37,787 nt of DNA. Origin: a virus. The position numbers and the translations under genes are program-made. Location: the IMG/VR virus record IMGVR_UViG_3300008266_000182, positions 1 through 37,787 of that record; one strand, 5' to 3'. This document shows positions 24,650-31,434 of this stretch, in pieces. Every line of letters starts with the position of its first letter. Position 1 is the stretch's first letter. Below the pieces are notes generated by a model. That model had not been told where the DNA came from and ran no database searches. It saw only the letters and a list, made by a program, of their open reading frames with translations.

Positions 24650-24972
24650 AACGCGACCCAGAAGAGGCGGTTGACTTCATACTAGCCAACGCTAAGAAGT
24701 TCGCCAGCGCAAAGGCGGACCGCATTTACTTGGAAGAGTTCAGGAAGAGCAAGAAGGCCATTCTGATGAAGGAAAGCGCGGAAAAAAGCGCAGCCGCTAA
24801 GGAAATGGACGCCTATGCACATCCTGACTACATCGAGCTAATCAAAGGACTGCGGGAGGCCGTGGAGATTGAGGAGCTTTTAAAGTGGAAGCTGATAGCT
24901 GCCCAGATCGTGCCTGAAATATGGCGCACTGAGCAGGCTAACAACCGAAACCAAGACAGGGCAGCGCGATGA
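24646..24972 (+). CDS. Hypothetical protein (108 aa)
   Basis: ATG 24646 overlaps upstream stop (ATGA). Confidence 0.6.
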   Translation: MKRDPEEAVDFILANAKKFASAKADRIYLEEFRKSKKAILMKESAEKSAAAKEMDAYAHPDYIELIKGLREAVEIEELLKWKLIAAQIVPEIWRTEQANNRNQDRAAR

Positions 24973-25244
24973 CCAATGACGAAAAGCGCCATAAAGCAAA
25001 GCTGGCAGACATGGCTTGCATCATCTGTGAACGCATCTATGGGCAACACGCTGGAGGCAATGTAGAGCTACATCACTTGAGGGCTGGAGGATGGGGAAAA
25101 GGCGACTATAGAACGCTAATCCCACTATGTTTCAACCATCACAGGGGTACAGAAGGCATACACACAATGGGAACAAAAGCATGGGAGCGCCATTTTGGCG
25201 TGAGTCAAACGGATTTGTTAAACGAGATATTGGAGCGGATTTAA
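24969..25244 (+). CDS. HNH-type nuclease, Ref / DUF968-like
   Basis: CIICE...VELHHLR...IPLCFNHHRG..GIH fits the recalled RecA-dependent nuclease (P1 Ref-like) pattern. Confidence 0.55.
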   Translation: MTNDEKRHKAKLADMACIICERIYGQHAGGNVELHHLRAGGWGKGDYRTLIPLCFNHHRGTEGIHTMGTKAWERHFGVSQTDLLNEILERI

Positions 25245-25729
25245 TGCGTAAAAAGTGCAATCGCAAGGTGTGGCTCAAAGTCAACCCCATTGAACACGCC
25301 AAGTATCAGGCCAGCCTGTTGACCCATGCCGAGTGGAATGACCAGATGACGCCAGTTATCGCCGCCTTAGACCGTTTAAGCCGTGGCGATTGGGATAAGG
25401 TGGAGTGCTGGCAGCCGATGTTCGAGTGCCTGAACCGAATCGAGAGCATGATTGTCTTGAATCGGGTGGACGCGATGCCGTTTGTCAAACAAGCGCAGGC
25501 GGCAATGGTTAACGCGCTAGACCGTCAGAAGCGCATGGGAACCCAGTCATTCAAGGCCGAGGAACTGGCGACACTACGAGAAGTGGTGAGCGTTTACGGC
25601 GATCTATTGAAAGAGGTAACCCATGCTCAATTTCAACGGGCTACGGCGCACACAAACGCCAACGTCACGCGAATTCTCAAGAACAAGGGCAATATGAAGA
25701 ACATTAACGATTGTGTATTTGAAGCATGA
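25244..25729 (+). CDS. Hypothetical protein (161 aa)
   Basis: ATG 25244 overlaps upstream stop (TAATG); no motif recognised. Confidence 0.6.
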   Translation: MRKKCNRKVWLKVNPIEHAKYQASLLTHAEWNDQMTPVIAALDRLSRGDWDKVECWQPMFECLNRIESMIVLNRVDAMPFVKQAQAAMVNALDRQKRMGTQSFKAEELATLREVVSVYGDLLKEVTHAQFQRATAHTNANVTRILKNKGNMKNINDCVFEA

Positions 25730-25977
25730 ACATCGAAGTAATTTTTGATTGCCTAAAGCGTGGCATTGTTGACCGTGGCGAGATGGAAAAGCGCACGGGA
25801 CTGACCAGAAAGCAGGTAAACGGCGCACTAGGCCAGCTACACAAGAGCAAGCGCATCAAGGTCAAGGAAACGCTAACCGTGAGGGGGCAGGCCTTTCATG
25901 TGTTTGAGGTAAACGGGGGCTTTAAAAAGCACATTTTCGACGGGGTGAACTCTATTTTTAACGTGGGGGCTGTATGA
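25726..25977 (+). CDS. Small winged-helix-like protein (possible regulator)
   Basis: EMEKRTGLTRKQVNGALGQLHKSKRIKV resembles a wHTH recognition region. Confidence 0.5.
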   Translation: MNIEVIFDCLKRGIVDRGEMEKRTGLTRKQVNGALGQLHKSKRIKVKETLTVRGQAFHVFEVNGGFKKHIFDGVNSIFNVGAV

Positions 25978-26144
25978 ATGATGGACACTTCGCAATTCTT
26001 GTATCAGCCTTTTTTGCTGTGATTGGCCTTTTCTGCGGTGGATATGTTTTTGGCGAAGAAGCTGGCCGCAAAACTGCCTGCGAATCTGTAAAGCTGGAGT
26101 GGGTGCAAGGCAAGTGCATGAAGGTAACAAGGGAGGCCGTATGA
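25974..26144 (+). CDS. Small membrane protein (56 aa)
   Basis: ATGA coupling; MNDGHFAILVSAFFAVIGLFCGGYVF TM segment; below the track cutoff. Confidence 0.5.
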   Translation: MNDGHFAILVSAFFAVIGLFCGGYVFGEEAGRKTACESVKLEWVQGKCMKVTREAV

Positions 26145-26257
26145 ACGACGAAGAATTACAAGACGCAGAGCTAGACGCGCTTGTCTCTGGTGGGCTGTTT
26201 GTGGTGACTGTAGCGTTTGCTGTGGTCGGCGCAATTATTTTGCTGAACCTAGGGTAA
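26141..26257 (+). CDS. Small membrane protein (38 aa)
   Basis: ATGA coupling; MNDEELQDAELDALVSGGLFVVTVAFAVVGAIILLNLG; its stop lies inside the palindrome at 26250. Confidence 0.45.
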   Translation: MNDEELQDAELDALVSGGLFVVTVAFAVVGAIILLNLG

Positions 26258-26293
26258 ACCCTAATACTCAGACACCAAAGCAGGCCCGATAAT
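26250..26293 (+). promoter_or_regulatory. Promoter with palindrome TAGGGTAAACCCTAAT, 22 nt, GATAAT (candidate late promoter)
   Basis: The 16-mer is identical to the copy at 19160 and starts 38 nt before GATAAT (26288-26293); leader ...ATCAACAACGCAACCGGAGAGAGAAATG. Confidence 0.55.
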
Positions 26294-26324
26294 TGAGCTA
26301 TCAACAACGCAACCGGAGAGAGAA

Positions 26325-26519
26325 ATGACAAACGTAACCCGCGCACAAGTCAACAAAGCAATCAAGAGCTTGGGACAAATTGAGCTAATCAAGGGCAACG
26401 GCTATTTCTACTTCGTGGGCGACTCCGTGAGCGTTGATGCTTCTGGTGTTTATGTGAACTCCATCGGCCAGCTGACGCTAGATCAATGGATTGACGAGGC
26501 AAAGCAAGTAATTCAATAA
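26325..26519 (+). CDS. Hypothetical protein (64 aa)
   Basis: Strong conserved leader/RBS; KGNGYFYFVGD...LTLDQWIDEAK. Confidence 0.65.
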   Translation: MTNVTRAQVNKAIKSLGQIELIKGNGYFYFVGDSVSVDASGVYVNSIGQLTLDQWIDEAKQVIQ

Positions 26520-26523
26520 ACCC

Positions 26524-26539
26524 AAGGGCTACGGCCCTT
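26524..26539 (+). terminator. Stop-proximal hairpin AAGGGC-tacg-GCCCTT (no U tract)
   Basis: 6-bp GC-rich stem 5 nt after the TAA of 26325..26519. Confidence 0.3.
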
Positions 26540-26704
26540 AAGTGCTAAAATAGAACAAAGGGCGGCTCATTATCTCCCTCCGATAGTCTCAATCCTAGAC
26601 TAGACAATTCTCTCAAGTGCGACCACTGGCAGCCCGATTGTTTTGGCAGTGCAAGCATCAAAAGCGCCGAGCCTTAAACATTAGCGCAATTTTGAGAATG
26701 GATG

Positions 26705-26861
26705 CATGAAGTAAGCGCATCGAATACGGTGAGTATCCGCGGCCTCGTCGGAGCCGTCACCGGAGAGTACGAGGTGGTGCGCTTACTTGATGTCTCATGA
26801 ATCAAGCCGCTTGGCATCATTAACCCCGATGCAGCTAAAGTAACAGGCGGTTTGATTGATG
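26705..26861 (+). ncRNA. Two consecutive long hairpins in ORF-free DNA (part of a candidate structured RNA)
   Basis: H1 is closed by AAGTAAGCGCA/TGCGCTTACTT (26709-26719/26778-26788). H2 is closed by ATCAAGCCGC/GCGGTTTGAT (26801-26810/26847-26856). Confidence 0.35.
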
Positions 26862-26904
26862 GAACGGGCTTAGATTTTTAATCACTTCTGCCAAACAAAC
26901 AATT

Positions 26905-26990
26905 GAAGTAGCCGCGCTGAGATTGCTCGCGCACCATCAACCATCACGCATGTGGACTATGGAGCCGGTTCGACTCCGGTAACTTCGCCA
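26905..26990 (+). ncRNA. tRNA-like cloverleaf (non-canonical) ending in G-CCA
   Basis: Acceptor GAAGTAG/TAACTTC, then two hairpins with 2-nt and 1-nt tRNA-like linkers, then T arm GCCGG-TTCGACT-CCGGT (26964-26980), then GCCA. No canonical D loop and no U33 equivalent. Confidence 0.4.
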
Positions 26991-27126
26991 TACGACTCTA
27001 GCAGTCTGAGGCCAAGGCGGAACCAGTCCACAGCCGTGATGGTGAAGAAAAAGCGTTTCAAGGGTCAAGTAGTGGGTCACCCCTTGGTGAGCAAGTAACG
27101 CCATCAATTAATCAACAGGAGGAAGA

Positions 27127-27252
27127 ATGTCAAACACAGAAATCAACGCAGTAAGCGCCGCACTAACAATCGCCGTCATCGCCGCTGGAGGTGTCGCAGG
27201 ATATGCGGCCTATCGCTTTACGATGTGGTTCGCTCAATTCATGGTATGGTGA
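27127..27252 (+). CDS. Small membrane peptide (41 aa)
   Basis: AGGAGG RBS 6 nt upstream; MSNTEINAVSAALTIAVIAAGGVAGYAAYRFTMWFAQFMVW. Confidence 0.55.
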   Translation: MSNTEINAVSAALTIAVIAAGGVAGYAAYRFTMWFAQFMVW

Positions 27253-27256
27253 GATC

Positions 27257-27379
27257 ATGAAACTCTACGAATGGTGTTTGGGCCTTGGACTCTGCGCAAT
27301 CGGACTGCCTTTGCTGGGTATCGGATACATCGCAGTGGTAAAGCTGTTGATTGAGGATGAGCAGAGGGGCAAACGATGA
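27257..27379 (+). CDS. Small membrane peptide (40 aa)
   Basis: MKLYEWCLGLGLCAIGLPLLGIGYIAVVKLLIEDEQRGKR; its stop overlaps the terS ATG (ATGA). Confidence 0.5.
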   Translation: MKLYEWCLGLGLCAIGLPLLGIGYIAVVKLLIEDEQRGKR

Positions 27380-27867
27380 CAGGACGACCAAGCAAGTACA
27401 AGAAAGAGTTTGTTGAGCAGGCTGTGAAGCTGTGCAAGCTTGGTGCGACTGATATAGAGCTGGCTGACTTCTTTGAGGTGAACGTCGCAACGCTTTACCG
27501 ATGGAAGAACGAATACCCCGACTTTTGCGAGGCCTTAAAGATTAGCAAGGCTGTAGCTGATGACCGAGTAGAGCGCAGCCTGTTTGCCCGAGCTAATGGC
27601 TACGAGCATGAGGAAGTTGATATTCGTGTAGTGTCTGGAGAGATTGTCAAGACGCCTATTCGCAAGTTCTATGCGCCCGATACAACTGCCTGTATCTTCT
27701 GGCTGAAGAACCGCCGACCTGAAGCATGGCGCGATAAGGTAGAGACAGAGCTATCAGGCCCGAATGGTGGGCCGTTGGAGACCAAGGCAACCCTTGATGT
27801 GGGCTCTCTGTCTACAGAGGCTCTAGCGGAGATCATGGCGCTTAAAGATGCAACTAAGCCACGATGA
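27376..27867 (+). CDS. terS: Terminase small subunit
   Basis: N-terminal HTH GRPSKYKKEFVEQAVKLCKLGATDIELADFFEVNVATLYRWK is typical of recalled small terminases; directly precedes the large terminase. Confidence 0.8.
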   Translation: MTGRPSKYKKEFVEQAVKLCKLGATDIELADFFEVNVATLYRWKNEYPDFCEALKISKAVADDRVERSLFARANGYEHEEVDIRVVSGEIVKTPIRKFYAPDTTACIFWLKNRRPEAWRDKVETELSGPNGGPLETKATLDVGSLSTEALAEIMALKDATKPR

Positions 27868-29302
27868 ACTATTGAACGCAGAGCGGGAACTGTGCAAGCG
27901 GTCACTCGCTCACTTTGCGCGCAGGGCGTGGCATGTGCTGGAGCCTGTAGCAGAACTCAAATGGGGATGGGCGCTAGACGCCATCTGCCTGCACCTTGAA
28001 GCGGTGACCGATGGGCGAATCACTCGCCTATTGATGAACGTGCCGCCCGGCTCTATGAAGTCTCTGTTAACGGGTGTTATCTGGCCTGCGTGGGAGTGGG
28101 GGCCAAAGAACATGCCAGAGATGCGTTTTATCGGCACGGCACATGAGGAAACCCTAGCCATCCGAGATAGCCGCAAGTGCCGCGACTTGATTAAATCTGA
28201 GTGGTATCAAGAGCTTTGGCCGGTAGAGCTGGCAAGCGACCTAGACGGGAAGCGCGAGTTCGGCAACACCAAGAAGGGCGTCCGTCAGGCGCGATCATTC
28301 ACCAGCATGACAGGCGTTCGTGGTGACCGTGTGATATTGGACGACCCTATCAGCGCGGACTCTGCTAACTCTGACTCGAAACTAGAAGCAGCAAGAATCG
28401 CGTTTACCGAGACGCTACCAACACGAGTCAACAGCGAAAAGAGCGCCATTGTCGTAGTGATGCAGCGACTGAACGAGAAAGACGTCAGCGGCATCATTGT
28501 TGAAATGGGCCTGCCTTATGTGCATCTGCGTATTCCAATGCGCTTTGAGGCTGCTAGACGCTGCACGACAGAGATAGGGTGGACTGACCCGCGCACCAAA
28601 GAGGGAGAATTGATGTTCCCCGAGCGGTTCGGAGAGCAGCAGGTAAGCGAGCTAGAGAAAACGCTTGGCACCTATGGCGCAGCAGGCCAGTTGCAGCAGC
28701 GACCAGCGCCTCGTGGTGGCGGCATCTTGAAGGAACACTGGTACAAGTACTATACCGTGTTGCCGCGCCTTGAATATCGAATGATCTACGCCGATACAGC
28801 GCAAAAGACAGGGCAAGAGAACGACTATTCTGTTTTCGAGTGCTGGGGGCGATCATTGGCCGGTGATGCTGTACTGATTGACCTTATCCGAGGTAAGTGG
28901 GAGTCGCCTGAGCTACTGGTCAACGCCCGTGCGTTTTGGTTGAAGCATCTAGCCATCAAGGGCGCACCGCTTAGGGCGATCAAAGTAGAAGACAAGGTAT
29001 CTGGAACCGGCTTAATCCAGACGCTACGCCGTGAGCGTGTACCAGTCTTGGCGATACAGCGAGGCAATGACAAGATCAGCCGCGCACACGATAGCGCACC
29101 ATTTATCGAGTCTGGCGGGGTGATGCTGCCCATTGATGCGCCTTGGCTGTCAGACTTTCTTAAAGAGTCGTCAACCTTCCCCGGTGGAGCCAATGACGAC
29201 CAGCTAGACCCGATGTTTGACGCCATTAAAGACGCGCAAACCCTGCCGGTGCAGAACATATCGGAAACTGTAACCGCTTTACCTACCGCTAATAGGTGGT
29301 GA
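27848..29302 (+). CDS. terL: Terminase large subunit
   Basis: ATPase P-loop-like NVPPGSMKS, Walker B RVILDDP, and a C-terminal nuclease region with DDQLD; position between terS and portal. Confidence 0.85.
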   Translation: MQLSHDELLNAERELCKRSLAHFARRAWHVLEPVAELKWGWALDAICLHLEAVTDGRITRLLMNVPPGSMKSLLTGVIWPAWEWGPKNMPEMRFIGTAHEETLAIRDSRKCRDLIKSEWYQELWPVELASDLDGKREFGNTKKGVRQARSFTSMTGVRGDRVILDDPISADSANSDSKLEAARIAFTETLPTRVNSEKSAIVVVMQRLNEKDVSGIIVEMGLPYVHLRIPMRFEAARRCTTEIGWTDPRTKEGELMFPERFGEQQVSELEKTLGTYGAAGQLQQRPAPRGGGILKEHWYKYYTVLPRLEYRMIYADTAQKTGQENDYSVFECWGRSLAGDAVLIDLIRGKWESPELLVNARAFWLKHLAIKGAPLRAIKVEDKVSGTGLIQTLRRERVPVLAIQRGNDKISRAHDSAPFIESGGVMLPIDAPWLSDFLKESSTFPGGANDDQLDPMFDAIKDAQTLPVQNISETVTALPTANRW

Positions 29303-29324
29303 TAATCGGGGAAAAGGAAACATC

Positions 29325-31412
29325 ATGGCACGTTTAACACTAGAGCAGCGCTTATCAAACCTTCACGCCGAAGCCGTGGCAGAGTTTGACAACATCCAAG
29401 GCGCTATGCGAGATGAGCGCTTGCAGGCATTGCAAGACCGCCGTTTTTACTCACTCGCAGGCGAACAGTGGGAAGGCGCACTCGGTGAGCAGTTCGCCAA
29501 TAAGCCGAAGTTTGAGGTGAACAAGATTCACCTCGCAGTCTTGCGCATCATCAGCGAGTACCGAAACAACCGAATCACTGTTGACTTCCTGAGCAAAGAG
29601 GGCAACGAGTACGACAAACTAGCCGACACTTGCGACGGACTCTACCGCGCAGATGAGCAGGACTCGGGAGCCGAGGAAGCCTACGATAACGCCTTTGAAG
29701 AAGCTGTTGGCGGTGGCTTTGGTGCGTGGCGTTTGCGCACTTGCTACGAGGACGAAGAAGACGACGAGAACGAAAAGCAACGAATTCGCATCGAGCCAAT
29801 CTTCGACGCTGATAGCTCTGTTTTCTTTGACCTTAACGCAAAGCGACAGGACAAGGCAGACGCTAAAAAGTGCTTTGTCATCACTTCAATGACGATTGAG
29901 GCGTACAAAGAGCAGTACAACGACGACCCCGCAAGCTGGCCCAAAGACATTCAGCAACTCGAATTTGATTGGGCAACGCCTGATGTTGTTTATGTCGCCG
30001 AGTATTACAAGGTCGAGGAAGTGGGTGAGACAGTTCGCATATTCCAAGCGCTAGACGGCACCGAAGAGCGCTACACCGACGCAGATTTTGAGAATGACGA
30101 GAACCTAGAGGAAACGCTGGCCGCGATTGGTAGCCGCGAGGTGCGTCAGAAGAAGGTCAAGCGCAAGAAGGTACACAAGTACATCCTATCCGGTGGTGGC
30201 GTCTTGGAGGATTGCGGCTACATTGCAGGCCGCTGTATACCTGTCGTGCCGGTTTACGGTAAGCGGTGGTTCGTGGACAACGTAGAGCGCTGCATGGGCC
30301 ATGTGCGATTGGCAAAGGACTCGCAACGCCTGAAGAACATGCAGCTATCCAAGCTGGGTGAAATCAGCGCACTGTCCAGCGTGGAGAAGCCTATTCTGAC
30401 CCCTGAGCAGGTAGCAGGGCATCAGATCATGTGGTCCGAGGATAACCTGAAGAACTACCCTTACCTGTTGGTAAACCCGATTCTTGACGCTAACGGACAA
30501 CCGACAGTCGCAGGGCCAATCGGATACACCAAGCCGCCACAAATCCCGCCAGCAATGGCCGCACTATTGCAGATCACAGAGCAGGACATACAAGACGTTT
30601 TGGGCAATCAGCAGCAGGGTGACAAGATGGTGAGCAACATCTCAGGCAAGGCTGTGGAGATGATTCAGCAGCGCCTAGATATGCAAACGTTTATCTACGT
30701 GTCCAACATGTCCAAGGCCGTGCGCCGTTGCGGTGAAATCTGGTTATCTATGGCGCGGGATGTGTACGTCGAGAAGGGCCGCAAGATGAAATCAATCGGC
30801 TCACAGGGTGAAATGACCAGCGTGGAGCTAATGCGCCCCATGATGGCAGAGTCCGGTGAGCAGGAAATGGAGAATGATCTATCCTCCGCTCAGTTTGATG
30901 TGACTGTGGATGTAGGCCCGTCATCTAGCTCTAAACGTGCGTCAACTGTCCGCGCACTCACAGGCATGGCCGCGATCACTGAAGACCCAGAGACTAAGCA
31001 AGTCTTGGGAGCGATGGCAATGATGAACATGGAAGGAGAGGGCATTGAAGAAGTGCGAGACTATTTCCGACGCAAGCTGCTAAACATGGGCGTCGTTAAG
31101 CCTACCGAGGAAGAAGCCAAGCAACTCAAAGAAGCCAAGGACAGCGCGCAACCCGACGCCAATACAATCTACATGCAAGCCGCCGCGCAGGAAGCCAGCG
31201 CAAACGCAGCACTGAAGAACGCGCAGACGGTCAAGACCATCAAAGACGCTGAATTGACCGAGGCAAAGACAATCGAAACCATGACCAACATCGACGCATC
31301 AGAAGTGCGCACCGCAATGGAGGTCATTGATAAATTTGGGCAATCGCCGCAACCCCCAGAGGTTAATGCGGTAGTCGTAAGTCCTAATGAGGTTCCCGCG
31401 CAGCCTCTTTAA
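29325..31412 (+). CDS. Portal protein, P22 gp1-like
   Basis: GGGFGAWRLRTCYEDEE and IRIEPIFDADSSVFFDLNAKRQDKADAKKCFVITSMT parallel recalled P22 portal segments; long helical C-terminal barrel region. Confidence 0.9.
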   Translation: MARLTLEQRLSNLHAEAVAEFDNIQGAMRDERLQALQDRRFYSLAGEQWEGALGEQFANKPKFEVNKIHLAVLRIISEYRNNRITVDFLSKEGNEYDKLADTCDGLYRADEQDSGAEEAYDNAFEEAVGGGFGAWRLRTCYEDEEDDENEKQRIRIEPIFDADSSVFFDLNAKRQDKADAKKCFVITSMTIEAYKEQYNDDPASWPKDIQQLEFDWATPDVVYVAEYYKVEEVGETVRIFQALDGTEERYTDADFENDENLEETLAAIGSREVRQKKVKRKKVHKYILSGGGVLEDCGYIAGRCIPVVPVYGKRWFVDNVERCMGHVRLAKDSQRLKNMQLSKLGEISALSSVEKPILTPEQVAGHQIMWSEDNLKNYPYLLVNPILDANGQPTVAGPIGYTKPPQIPPAMAALLQITEQDIQDVLGNQQQGDKMVSNISGKAVEMIQQRLDMQTFIYVSNMSKAVRRCGEIWLSMARDVYVEKGRKMKSIGSQGEMTSVELMRPMMAESGEQEMENDLSSAQFDVTVDVGPSSSSKRASTVRALTGMAAITEDPETKQVLGAMAMMNMEGEGIEEVRDYFRRKLLNMGVVKPTEEEAKQLKEAKDSAQPDANTIYMQAAAQEASANAALKNAQTVKTIKDAELTEAKTIETMTNIDASEVRTAMEVIDKFGQSPQPPEVNAVVVSPNEVPAQPL

Positions 31413-31434
31413 TGCGTGAGTATGGAGTAGAGAA

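Noticed and set aside
26596-26611. Promoter-like CTAGACAATTC identical to the -10 region at 23736-23746
   Set aside because: No -35 hexamer or palindrome lies at the expected spacing upstream, so promoter status is unsupported. It may still be relevant to the structured region.
26708-26990. tmRNA (one-piece or permuted) ending at the T arm/CCA
   Set aside because: No G3-U70 acceptor pair with an A discriminator. No 5' strand complementary to the 3' end at a tmRNA-like distance that is not already locked in hairpin H1. No tag reading frame ending in an ..AA stop: the candidate frames give AAKVTGGLIDGTGLDF or AAWHH.
26905-26990. Canonical tRNA or selC-like tRNA-Sec gene
   Set aside because: The 3' end resembles recalled E. 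coli selC (GGTTCGACTCC.GT...CTTC.GCCA), and the D-arm proportions are Sec-like. However, the acceptor is 7 bp with a mismatch, there is no UCA anticodon in a proper loop, U33 is absent and there is no long variable arm. It is kept only as tRNA-like.
26964-26990. attP core (3' end of a host tRNA) marking an integration site
   Set aside because: No integrase or excisionase was recognised anywhere in the genome. It cannot be fully excluded without searching host genomes.
27072-27086. GGGTCACCC as another copy of the TAGGGT..ACCCTA operator upstream of the late genes
   Set aside because: The half-sites are separated by 1 nt rather than 2, the flanking TA/TA bases are missing, and no -10 element sits at the conserved distance.
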